A stretch of DNA of 64,000 nt from Selaginella moellendorffii (Eukaryota; Plantae; Lycopodiophyta). The notes under the pieces are model-generated. The model was not told where the DNA came from, did not search any database, and saw only the letters and a program-made list of their open reading frames with translations. Shown piece after piece: positions 49,601 to 62,188 of the stretch. Position 1 is the stretch's first letter; each line of letters begins with the position of its first letter. The stretch covers positions 820,642 to 884,641 of the forward strand of contig NW_003314288.1 of the NCBI RefSeq assembly GCF_000143415.4. The letters run 5' to 3'. Made by a program: the position numbers and the translations under genes.

Positions 49601-51590
49601 ACTTTCCTGGTGCTGGTTTTGCTGCTGCTGCTCGACCATCACTGGCGGAGTGACTTCCAGAGCTGGAGGTGACAGCAATGAGACGGTCAACGGTGCTGCT
49701 GGATAGTGATTCGAATAGAACATTGCTGGCGAAGAGCCGCTCGAGAGATGATCAGGCGTTGGCCCCAGATCGTTTCTCATATCCTGTACAACCGGCTGAG
49801 CGAATGCTGCTGCTGCAAACGGTCCATTCCCATTTGAGAATGCCGTGTTGGGGACAAAGGCCGGTGCTGAGGAAGGATCCACCGAATGGTTGTTGTTGAT
49901 ATCTGGAGCAGCGGCAGCAGCGGCCGCAGGCACAAAAAATCTCACTGGAGCCAAAGGCTTTGCGCTTACCTTTGGCACCATGCCAACCAGTGGAGGACAG
50001 TCCAATGATGTCTTGGATGGTGTTATGCTACCTTTGTTGAATGTATCGACATATCTGCAAAAACCTCGTGAGACTGGAGTGCTGGGAATGACCAAAACGG
50101 CACCTTGATCTAACGTTTTGACGTGCGTGAGCTGTGTACTGGTTACTGCTCGGAGGCATGGGTGGGATTCCACTCACAACCGGTTGCGGCCTTTCCGGAG
50201 TTGGCTGTGGTCTCTCCGGAGACATGGAAATAGGAGCGCCGTTCTCCTCCATGTGTGAGACGAGCTTGTTTGCCGTGGGAGGAGGAGCCAACGGAAGCTC
50301 TAGCGCTTGTGCCTCGGCTCCTTCTTCAACCCTATCTAAACTTGTTGCTGTCGCCAAGCTTTCCCTGCATCACGTACCAACCATCAATCAGCTAGCGCTC
50401 TTTCCAAAGCTTCTACAAACCTCCTTCAACGTGTTTTTATGAAGCCCATCGCTCTTTGCACGAAAGAAGTAAAGACGCCTCTGTTTGGTGTCCTTTTGCT
50501 GGACTAAAAATCTGATGAAAGAATACAAGTCGTAATTGAAGGTACACAAGAGCAAGTGTGCAGGCCTAAAGTCAGGCTCAGAAATGCTTCTTGCTGGCAT
50601 GTTGGATCTTCTCATATTATCACTTATGGGTTCCATTGATGCCGACAAGGCAAGTGATACACTGCTTCTGCTAGAAGCTGTTGCGGGACGGTTATTAATA
50701 TCAGCATTATCAGAAGCTTTCGGGGGCGAAGGGCCTATCATCTTGTGTAGACCAATATTGCCAAAAACCATTGCACAATTGACGTCGAGCCTCCCTGGAT
50801 AACAGGAAAGTGAGTATAAAAGCCGAGTGTCCGCTTACAAACCTGAGAGTGGATACGAAGACGCTCTTCCAAGGCTACAGCCGCTTCTTTGCACACATCA
50901 GCTGCATGGCTTGCTGTTTTCAATGTTTTCAACACCGCTAGGCAATACCTTCGAAGAGAAACCTTGTGTTAACGAAGGATACAGTTAAAAATCACAACCA
51001 ACCTTAAAGCTTTGTTTATCTTTCCAGCTTCAGTAAGCATTGACGCATAAATAAGCTTGTATGGCTGAAAAGGAAGTAAAATAAATTGGGAATTGCCAGT
51101 CACTCTTGCAAATTCGTACACTTCTGTTCGCTGATGAAGAAAAGGTTAACAATTGTTAGGACAAAACACGGCTTACCTGGATAGCTTCTGGACTAGCATA
51201 CATGCGTGGATACTTTCAATGGTCGGCACCTATAAGACAAAGTCTGGCAGAAGGGGAGAAAGGCTCAAAACTAGCATTTGCAACAAGATAGCAAATATGC
51301 ACTCCAAATATCTGCAAGTTAAAACTATGAGAAACATCAACGTATGACCATGTATATCCTTCATCGCGATGTCTCCAGAGAGAATCACCAAGATGCATAA
51401 TCACTCTCTTGTCTCTATTAGTTCGGTTAGCTGCCATTATAGCCAGGTTTTCCTGCCATTCTTCAAGCATTCCTTCTACTACGTCTTGCAAGTCAACATG
51501 CACTCCTTAAGCAAGAGAGTAGCTTGATAAAAGTATTTCACCTGTGTTGCACCATTACAGTAGATGTTGGAACCGGTTGAGGTTGAAGCG
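46635..51590 (-). repeat. Inverted copy of ~17920-22595 (SEC16, spacer, CACTA-like remnant, gypsy C 5' part)
   Basis: Colinear reverse-complement similarity with matching ORF translations. Confidence 0.9.
49499..51590 (-). pseudogene. SEC16: SEC16-like fragment, copy 3
   Basis: Same exons as copies 1 and 2; stop after IGADH; deletion in the FRYDETLKRW motif. Confidence 0.88.
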
Positions 51591-54500
51591 TTATTAATTT
51601 ACTAAATTGATTTGCTCAAGTGGTTGATCACAAAAAACATATGAAATATAATTTCTCTATTAATCAATTTTATAGGTAAGATACTCCTTTAAGGAAAAAT
51701 CTTTTATATTAGAACCAATTTTTGGTTTAAGGGTTTCTTGTCTAGGTATTCCTTTGAATATTGAATAAAGATCAGCTTCTGAAATTAACTCAATTTCAGG
51801 GAAATCTTCTAAGATTTGTTGTTCTTGGAAACCATCTAAACCTTCCTTTTAATTATAAAATTGAATTTTGAGGTGGATCTTTCTTTTCCAATTGTATAGA
51901 ATGAGCATAGACCTTTTCTGGTTGCCTTGCTCTATATATAAATAACCATTTTTCCAGTCTTGGTTTGTATAAGCAATTTTTAGCCAAGGTTTGCATAGTA
52001 GAGTTTTGTAAGCATAATCTCATTGTTTTATTTTAAGAAAGACATAATTGAGTTTTTACTTTAAGCCAACCATATTAGTTAAGACATTTCTAATAATTCC
52101 AATGGGCTTAACACTTTGGTCATTAGCCATTTGTATATTACATGGGGTTGGTTGAATTGGGGCTAAGTGTATGTAAACTCTTGAATTTAGATTTTTCGGG
52201 AGGTCACCCAACCCAGTACTATTCAAACCCAGACATTTAACCCTAAATATCCCAAGACCATTAACCAATTGGAAAAAAAAGTGCACTCTTATTCATAGGC
52301 CCTTTCCCTCTATATTTGAACTCTATGGATTGTCTCTTAAGTCATTCTCTTTAGTTGCTTACACCTTAATTCTTTACAAATACTTTCTTTTAGAATATTT
52401 ATGCTTAAGCCACCATCAATAAAAGTTCCACATAATAGATTCTTACCAATCTTTATATCAATTGTAAAAACTTCATTATCACAATCTTTTAGCTCAATTA
52501 CAATGGCCATAGATGGGATTAAAGTTTTTTCTTTCTTAGGCGAGAGCTCTCTAAGCAATGTAGCTTTAAGGTAAGGTGTTATAGTGAAAAGTTGGGTTAG
52601 AGTGAGTGTAATTTCAACATTCAAATTGTTTTTCACTGCCTTCTTTTCATCCTTGCCATCGAGCTTTAGTATAGGATTTTCCTTTTGAGGTAATGATAAA
52701 TTTGTGTTAGCTTGTAAAGGTGTGAGACTCTTTGTGCTAAAATCACCATTCTCCAAATCGACTTGTGGTTGCAAGTCTTGGAATTGTTAAGTGATTTCTG
52801 TGCTAATATTTTTCTTTTGGTGCCATTGAGAGTTGGGGATGATTTTTATTACTTAGCATCTATGTCATGATTAGAGCTTAATGAAGAAGGGCTGAATCTA
52901 AAAGCCAAGATAAAGAGAGTGAGGTATCTCTTCTATATCTAACCATTCTACCTCAATGTGCCTAACTGTAGGTTGTGTATCTTTAGGAGGCCTATCATTT
53001 TTGCTTGATGATTTAATTTGATTATATAGCATAGGATAACAAATAGGAGTCTTAGCTTAATCATACTTTTTTGGCTTTTTATATTCTCTAGGCCTTTGAG
53101 TTAATCATATTCTTTAAGTTAATTCTAGTTTATAGGCCTATTTTCCTCATGGCTAGGTGGATAATCTCAAAAATTACCCTTAGGTGGATAATCCCGATGG
53201 TCATCTAGCATTTTAGCACATGAGTATTCACGTTTGGCACTTTGATTATTATTATAATTGTTTCTTCTACAATAACGTTTACCGTCAAATGGATAGCTTT
53301 GCCTACATGTTGTTTTATTAACTCAGGCTACCCGTTGGCCTCCTGTTTGTTTAAACAAGGTTTTACACTCCTTAGCTAAATGCCTTTATTTTTCACAAAA
53401 TTAGCACTTTATTAGTTGAACTTTGCATTCATTTTTGCTATGGCTTTTATTTTTGCATTTAATACATCAAATCCTTTATTTGAGATTGGTTTACAATTTA
53501 AAGCTCCTTAAACAACTAGTTTCCTTGTCTATAAAAGTTGTCTTTTTGTTTGACTTCACCATATCTACCATGTCATATTATTTTATCAGATCTTAGTAGG
53601 CAATCATGACTTTTTTCGAATCATCAAAATCTACATAAACTTTCTTTATCTCATATTCACAATAAATTTTCTTGAGGCTCTATATGTATATGCGTAGGCA
53701 CATTTTGTTTAACACTAATACTTATAATGCTTGTTAAATCAAGTTGTATATTCCTTGATTGTCTCAGATTTTCCTTGATGAAGCTTTTGCAACTTATCAT
53801 AGTTTTCTCCTAGGTTTGTTTCCATGGAGAAAATTTATAGGAAAAACTTTGTTTGCTCATCAAATGTGCCAAGATTTTTAACATTATTATCATAGTACAA
53901 GTCTTTGACTTTGTTTTGGAGTGTATAGGGGAAAAAAATTCTTTTTTTTCTTATTTGCTTAATTGAGCTTAATTGCTTTTATGTATTGCTTAATATGTAG
54001 TTGTGGGTCCTCTCCTTTAATTTCAGAAAAGGATGAATATGTAATGACGGTACTTATTGTTATTTTTGCAATTGCTATTGTGCTCATTGCAATTTAATAG
54101 GAAATGCTCTATTTTGTAAATAGTATAAGCAAAATAAGTGTTTGGTTCGTAGGGGAACTTGGATCATCGTCAAAGGGTAAAGGTTGTAAATTTAGCACTT
54201 CTTTCTCTTGTGGGGAATCACTCTAGCTATTTTGTGTTCCACTACTCTTAGTTGAAGTAGAGGCATTTTCTATGTGCCGATGTTGCCAAAGAGGAGTAGT
54301 GTATGGATTCACATATTCTAAATGACCATCAAAGTTGTATTTAGATTTTTGATCTCTTCTTCATTGAGGTGCACCCAATATGCTTTTATCTCACTCTCTT
54401 CCAAGTTTTTCTTTAACTTGATTGAGTAATGATTTAGTCTTTTCTGAAGGGAGGTTAAGATCGCAAATATCACGAGCAAGTGCCTTGTAATTTCATTCTA

Positions 54501-55520
54501 GATCTTGTGAATACTTCTTTTTAGATTGTCTTTTGCTCATCAAATTGTGAGAGAAATATTGTATATCTATTACTTTATTTAGTATAGACAATGACAATTT
54601 TATACATAGAGATTATGCCATTTAAAGCTTTATAAGTACAATCAATTGTTGGTCTATGCATATATATTTTGAAGCCTGTTGGTGTTGTTATTATGGCAAG
54701 CTTAATTATTATGCCTCGTTTGTAGAGTGAGTGGTACAAGGCTTTAGTATGCAATGTATCCCTTTTGTAAATTAGTGTATCAATCACTCTTAGGAGCAAG
54801 TATCTAATTTCCCAACCAATTTTAAAATAAGGATAGCCTTCCTCTAGAAGCCAAATATCTAGAACATTTTTTATACAAAATTTCCAAAAATTTCTTGAGT
54901 AATAAACTTTATTTTTAAGAGCATATCTATATTTCTCAAATGTGGTCTACCTTAAAAGATTTTTACTTCACAAAATTTTGTTGCCTACCAATTCAAATTT
55001 AGAATTGATCCAATATCTATTAACCCAATTATCACCAAGTGTACTTCTGCCTATAGGTATCCAAGTTTTATTGTGAACCATTAAAGTTGCCACAATAGCT
55101 TTTTTGCCTAAAGATTGCATAAAATTTAGCAAATGTTTAGTAGGCAAAATTTTATAAATCCTTTACAAGTTATAATACTCAGAATTTACATCTAGTTCGG
55201 ATAGGCAAAATATCTCTCTATCTAGGAAGAATTCTTGTTCTATTTTCTTTTTGTATAGATAACTCCACATATATAAGTCTTATTTATTCTGTGTACCTAT
55301 AAAGTATTATCACACTTTCTTTGACAATAGGAAAGATACAAGGAGTCAAACTTCTGTATACCTTGAGTAGAATATTGTCAAGTATTTTGCTCGGTAATTC
55401 ATTAAGTTGTTTAAGCAATTTCGTTAAATCTATCATTCACTAGCCTAGTTAGGCACGCAAGATAATTTAGTTTTTGCTTCCTTATACTTTTGCTTAGTCA
55501 CACAGAGTGGGGATCAACCA
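51591..55520 (-). mobile_element. Highly decayed AT-rich gypsy, 5' part (gag, protease)
   Basis: FFPYTL gag motif ~53920; TFIDGGLSINIL and IQMANDQSVKPIGIIRNV protease-region motifs. Confidence 0.65.
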
Positions 55521-56084
55521 ACTTTTATTTAAGTCTATAAGAAAAATGTATCTTTTGATATGTGTGATGGATCACTAATAAATATTTTTATTTTGTTTAC
55601 CTGAATTCCCCTATTTAACTTTTATGGAAGGTTTTCAACCTTTAATCTCTCCACCTAGGTGTGTAGGAGGATCTTCCCTTTCTGCCCATGCTTAGTATGG
55701 TTAAGATTAATTTAGTGTAAAGACTTTAGCGTGTGATAGTTAATTCTAGAGTAGCTTGTTTGCTTCATAATGGGTCTTACCCTTTAGCTTATATCCAACC
55801 TTGCCTTTACAATTATGGAATTAAAAAGAGTGGCTTATTGCTTTTGGAAAATTTTAGGCAAACTAGATCAACACTAAAGACTAATTTAAACGGGCCGTGG
55901 AGACTATTCCATGAAATTGCCCTATGAAATCAACACAAAAGTCAAATTGTCTAATACATGATAGCTTGTTATAAATCAATTTGCTTATGGAATGACGTTA
56001 AGTAGCTTTTTAAATATATGATAGCTAATTTGTGGAAGATTTTGCTTCAGATCTAGACAAAAATTGCTTTTCAAAGTAAATTGA

Positions 56085-56217
56085 TTGGAAGAGAATCAAG
56101 TATATGTTGCTTGCCTCGTTCAACTAATATTTGACGTGTTGCGGGGAGATCCATTGATCTGCTTCTTTGGTTTGTACTTCAATATGTACAACCTCAAGCA
56201 CTCATCTTCTAATTTAG
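56085..56217 (+). pseudogene. FUC1: Alpha-L-fucosidase C-terminal tail, copy 2
   Basis: GDPLICFFGLYFNMYNL, paralog of 2190-2320. Confidence 0.75.
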
Positions 56218-56935
56218 AAGAAAAACCACAAGAATATATATATATATTTCATGGATACACTTTTCAGGTATGAGAAACATAGCTTTGGGTTGGAAGTCCC
56301 TTGCCTGATCAATAATAGTCTCTTTGCATCACTCCTAACAGATTGGGCCTAGAGAACAACCAAAAAAAATTCAAAAGCTAGCCCTCTACACTTTGAGCTC
56401 CTAGAAAGTACCCTTGCATAGAGGTGGCAGCTGGTTAAACTTGAGAAGTTAGCTTGTCTGGAGGACCTCCTGTTGCTCTTGCTTCCTTGCCACAAAATCA
56501 CACCTACAAACACATGTCCAAACATTGAACTACAATATAGTTCTCAAAACAACATCTTTTTGCCAAAAGCATCAGTTAACTATATAGTCAACTCTTTGTA
56601 GTCAACGTGATGACCATTATTAAAATGTTTTGAATTTATACATACAAGATTAGTCTAAATAAATATGAACAATTAGATTATAGAATATTCAAGAATACCC
56701 AGGTATATCCTATACTGGTTTGCTTAGAGATGCTATGTGACTATCACTGTCATTTTCTGTGCGGTGACAGTGATAAAATGCTGTATATGTAACCATCATC
56801 CACATCAAATTATTCTAGAATATTCTAAAATCAAGTTACCATTGAGTCAGTGCTAATTTGTCATTGAAGTGGTCCAGTCTAAACCCTAAACCACTAAGAG
56901 CCCTAATTTCTTTGCTTGAGGGCCAAGCATCCGGG

Positions 56936-58226
56936 ATGAATAGGGCAACGGTTGTGGTTTCTGTGGTTGTTGTGGCTGCTGCTGCAATTGATCAGTTGGT
57001 TGTTGCTTATAGAAGACCTAGAAGGTGTCTTAGAGAAAATCTTGAGGATGAGAGGCTTAAAGTTACTCTTTACCAACAATTAATGCTAGTGTATCATCAC
57101 ATGTGCTTGGCAGTAGTTGGGAGTTGATTGCAATTGAACTTCTTTTAAGAGGGGGATTTCTATATCAGACTAAGATCTCTTCATTGGTTTTGTTATTGGG
57201 TGGATGAAGTTGGAATGCAAGATCTAACAAGGTAGAGAGAGTTCTTCAAAGTTTCTAAGGAGCAGTTCATGACAATCTACGAACTTGTTGCTCTGTCAAT
57301 GCAAATAACACTGCCTCCAAATTTTAAAAACATTCCATATAGATATGTTCTTGTTGGTAAGCAAGTTGCCATTGCTTTATGGAGATTAGTTTTAGGTGAT
57401 TCTTTTGCTAGGTTGATAGAGCATTTTGATGTTTCTAAAGCAATTGTCCAGAAGTATTGTTAGAAGTTCTCCAACTCAACATTCTAGCATCTAGGACAAC
57501 TTCTTGTGTGGCCAGTAGATCTGTCAATAGTAAAAATAAGTTTCAAGAGTTTTTTGGCTTCTTGAATTGCTATGGTGCAATTGACTACACGTATTTCAAA
57601 ATTGAACTTCCTGGAAACACTTTTGCAAGTGATTATTACAACAAGGACAAGGATAAATCAATTGTCATGCAAGCAATCATTGATAGTGAAGCAAGGTTCT
57701 TGGATATTTGAGTTGGAGATCTTGGGAGTTGCAATGACATAACTATTTTGAGGAAGAGTTCATTCTACAAAAGAGCTCAATCAGGTGAAATTCTTAACAA
57801 ACTAATAGTCTCAAGAGGCCAATACTAGTTTTGGGAATATATCATCGGAGACTCAGGATACTACGAGCTTCCGTGATTAGACCATTTCCAAGTGTAAATG
57901 GAACTAAATTGAGGGAAGCATTCAACTTTTATTTTTCATCTTTGAGGATGGTATGTGAGAGAAGTTTTGGATTATTTACAAGTCATTGGAAGATGTTTAG
58001 AAAGTTGGTTAAAGTTGAGACCATCACTCAACTAATAGTTGCCATAAAAACAACTTGCATTCTGCATAACTTCATTATTAGTATAGGTGACATAGGGGAA
58101 ATAGATATTGAGCCTGCGCCAGTGACTAATCAACCACAAGACTGGTGATTGGAGCCTCATGTCGTTGCTACAGAGGTTAGAAACATTCTCATTACTTATG
58201 TAGTAGACTTAAGCAAATCCACTTGA
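56936..58226 (+). pseudogene. Harbinger DDE transposase (HARBI1/ALP1-like)
   Basis: KQVAIALWRL, NCYGAIDYTY, SIVMQAIIDSEARFLDI, GSCND, IIGDSGY, CERSFG, CILHNF; stops and frameshifts. Confidence 0.88.
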
Positions 58227-58669
58227 AGCTCACAAATTTATTTATTTTAGCGTGCTCACAAACTCAAGTTTTGTTTTATTTTTCAGGGTTTTAATTCGGA
58301 GATTTCAATACAAGGCTTGAAGGCGGGTGCAGCAGGGAACCTGGCTGAGAGCAGAGAGAGGGGGGCTATGATGAGTTTAGAGTCACAGTTGCTGCCAGTA
58401 TTGGTCTGATTCTAACATTCAGGTTTGTTTCTGTTCTTCTCATAAGGAAGGTTTTAAAATGATTAAAGGGGGTTTTGCGTGTTGAGTCGTCTGGCGGCAA
58501 GAGGAAGAGGGAAGAAAATGATTTGGAATGGCACTGCAGAAGATGCTTGGAAATGCAGCTTGAGGCTGTTGACGCAAGGGAATGCAACTTGAGGCCATTG
58601 AAGCTATTCTATCACTAGAAGTTGGGACACTACTTGGTTTCCCAATGAATTCTTCAAAATTCCCAATGA

Positions 58670-58921
58670 ATTCGGTGGTAGGGCGGGTGGTAGAAGGCCT
58701 CGATGTTGTCCAAAAGATTGCAAGTACCAGGGTGGTCAAAGATAACACAAGCAATCTTTACTTCCAATACGTATTTTCTTCTCTTTGTTCCTTGGGAAAA
58801 ATCTTATCTTGAATCCCCACAGCATTGCCAAGCTTATAGGCAATACCTGAGCAGTGGTCGCTGAGAGGGGATTCAATCAACCATACACAAAGATTGTCAT
58901 TTCGCAGTGTGGCATTCTTGG
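58670..58921 (+). pseudogene. CYP26-2: Captured fragment of a chloroplast cyclophilin CYP26-2-like gene (2 exons plus intron)
   Basis: VVGRVVEGLDVVQKIASTRVVKDNTSNLYF / intron 58767-58822 / IAKLIGNT*AVVAERGFNQPYTKIVISQCGIL; recognised from memory of the plant CYP26-2 C-terminus. Confidence 0.8.
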
Positions 58922-59149
58922 TACTTACTCTTGCAAAGTTCTTTCTTTCCTTTCAATCTAACTCTGATCCATTCATGTTTCTATTGCCAAAAAACTGATA
59001 CAAACAGCTTTACATGAATGCTCATGTCCTTCCAACAAGAATGCTCTATCTAAATTGATGGAATTGATCCAAGGATATTGGTAGTGGCAATGCAAGATGG
59101 GAATGCTGGGCCTAGAATTGTTGATCAGGTAAATCATCACATCTTCATC

Positions 59150-60199
59150 AGTTCATCATCTTTCTCATTGCTTTGGAGATAGTAATCAGTGACATTGTAA
59201 ACTACAAAAGTGAAGTTCATGAATAAGAATGTGAATTGACTTACCAAAGAATCAGCAATTATAAACAAGGCTTGAGTTACTTGATTCACACTCTTCATCA
59301 TCTAACTATCCACAACTAGAGTATGCTCTATAAATTCTTCCTTCTAGCTATTTTCCATTGTATCAATGAGGCTCACATTGTTGTCACACAGCGCTCCTGC
59401 AAGTTGTTTTGCAAGTTGTGTATGGGACTTCTTCCTCAGCTAGCCTGAACTATGCTTTTCAGGATTATTGTTGTTTTCTTTCATTGCCAAAAGTGATTAT
59501 GAAGAAAAACTACAAAAAATACCTTTAGGCTCTAATTCTCCACATGGAGGTAATAGTGATTGCTGTTGTGAAGCTCTTGGTGTCAGTAATGGTGATTGTT
59601 GGGATGTAAGTAGTGAAGACATTAATTCCTAAGTCTGTCTTTGTGAATTTATAGTTTGACAGTCCTAAAGCCACTCGTCCATCATTGCATAGAGTTGATC
59701 ATTGAACTTTGGTGGTAAATCAGCTTCACAATGTTGCTCTGTTGTCATGTTTCAATATTGCTTTTGCCAGTAGGAACATGATATTCATATGACTTGATTT
59801 TGTTGAACTCTTTGTAGATATACTCCCAACAAGATTGGCATTGCCCAGGCAAACAGTTGACACCATATGTCAAACAGTAGCTGGAAACTTAGTGAATGGC
59901 TGGAAGTCTAAAAAATCCAAAACTTACTCGGAAACTTGCTGCCAATGAACACTTGTAGTCTTGTGCCTCTTCTGAATGCTACCTCACTACTGTAAGAAGA
60001 AATTATGCTTCTTTGCTTCATTTAGAGCCAACAATTCATTTAAAGACCAATGCCCCCAATTTTTAGTTGGCTTCAGAGGCTTCAGTGGAGTGGGAGCAGT
60101 AAAATTCCCCCTACTGAATTGAGAACCATCATACAGAAACTTTTAATGACATTGAGTGAAGAACACAATCTCTAAATCATTTAGCTGTTGCTTTCCCAT
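59150..60199 (-). pseudogene. Harbinger Myb/SANT (trihelix-like) DNA-binding ORF
   Basis: HWSLNELLALNEAK..HWQQVSE / intron / YCLTYGVNCLPGQCQSCWEYIYKEFNKIKSYE..LPPKFNDQLYAMMD. Confidence 0.72.
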
Positions 60200-62188
60200 T
60201 CTGCTCAAGACCCTAAAACCATGAATTGACATGTCAGCAATAGTGGCGGGAGGAAATAACTACCACATCAGCATTTTAACCTGCTATTGCAGGTTTCATG
60301 GTGGACAACTAACTGGGCCAGTTTTGAAAAACATTCAAATTGATTTCACTGTCACAATGCCATTGTTAAAAAATGACAGTGATGGTGACATGTACTAAAG
60401 CAACGTTACTTCAAATTGCTGATGTGGCCATCACAATTTGACTGTGATAGTCACATGTGGAATGTCTATTAAGAAAACCAAAAATATAGTGCCTATATTG
60501 AAGAAATACTCAAAACTGAAGCTATAGAAGATAGGTATTGTGGAAAAATAAAGAATATAAAAATATGATATGTGTGCAAATAGGTCATACACCTTGTGAA
60601 ATAATCATTTGCATGTCTGGAAACCGTAAGCTAATGTGACCATCATCGTCTATTTATGCAATCAGCTGTTTGGTGTTCTTTTGCAAATCGCCTGCAGAAA
60701 AAAATCTATCAAAATAAATATTTGAATTGTAAAGAATACTTGGGGAATGCATAAAAAATATGATCTTATTTAACACTTTTTCTCCATCTAGCATGTCATA
60801 GAGGACAAAGTAGCAATCTATTTAAATTATGACTCAATGTAGATTGAAATCACTACAGGATGATCCTAAGGATTCAAAACAACTAATTATCCTTGTCTCA
60901 AAAGGCTAGTGCAATATTCTAAATCTGAATACCAATCCATAATTTGGAATGATGCTAGACTGAAAGATTAAAGGGAACTGAAGAGTTGAGTCTAGTATTC
61001 CTAAGAGTTTAAGAATGATTAAGATTGTACTCCAACATGATAGCTTTGAAAATTTTCATATACTTATATTCCATGATATTGGAAGAGAAGGGAATAGTTG
61101 GTCATAAAACATTTTACAAAGTGCTAGTTGCCATTGAAGAAGCAATATTCCCTTATACTTGCTTTATAATTATTTGTCACAACAACATTATATGTAAAAC
61201 TCCACCCTGCAGAATAGAAAGAAAGTTTTTGAAGGGAATGGATGCGTAGGAAATGGCACTTGTAATCTTTCTTATTTCCAAATGGGAGCTAGAACATAGA
61301 TTTGGATGCCTTGAGAGGCGCACTCTGCTTGCGCCATGTCAAACTTCTCATCATCAAATTACTTAACTTGCATCCCTATATATCCCTATACTAATTCCTA
61401 AAGCTCTCCAAGGATTTGGTTCTTGACAGGTATGGCATTGACTTTGCGGAAGATTTGATTTCCTTGTAAAATCGCCTTGCATACATGCTTTGCAAAGAGC
61501 AATCCATTCAACATAGATTAAGCCCATCATAAAAGTGGGCCAATTGTCTTTAAATTTAATTCTCTGTATCAACATCCAATGGAGCCTTCGTAAATATCAA
61601 GAATGGGCTGAGGCCCAGCGGAGAGGATAACATATGGAACTCAGAGAGGAGAACATATGAAGCATGTCGGGAGGCAATGAGGGAGATAGGATACAAGGAA
61701 GGCAATGGGAACGAGGTATCAATGAGCCCATCTCCACCCGCGCCTCAAACGCAAGCTTTTCACACCACTACTTCCCACTTTCAACAGGAGCTCATGATAG
61801 ACTCTCACCGGCATGGTCTTGAGAATCTGGATTGCCACGCCTAGCATGGCACTGATGTGGAGCAGGAGGAGCGCAGTGCTGCTGCTGAAATTCACAACAG
61901 CAGCATTGGATCTTGCGTTGCTGGCTATAGCAAACCCACTGCACTTAACACTCCAGATAGATTTCTGAAGACTCTCCTATGCCCAATCTCTGTGCGTCCC
62001 GCTCTCCATCCATGGGGGATGGGGCGGCTCACGGAATGGCTGGATATCAACGATCGATGTTTGGGTCAACACATCAAAACAGTGAAGAATCAAGTCTGAA
62101 CTGCTCTGAAGATGTTCTCCAGCATCACATAAGGCAATGCATCACTCACAAGGCTGGACTGGCACGTAAATTCCGCAGCATGCATCCC

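Larger units (their letters stand above)
56727..60468 (+). mobile_element. PIF/Harbinger DNA transposon (decayed) with captured cargo
   Basis: TSD TTA (56724-56726, 60469-60471), single TTA at the paralogous empty site ~2776; inverted repeats ATGTGACTATCACTGTCA (56735-56752) and TGACTGTGATAGTCACAT (60439-60456); two convergent ORFs. Confidence 0.9.
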
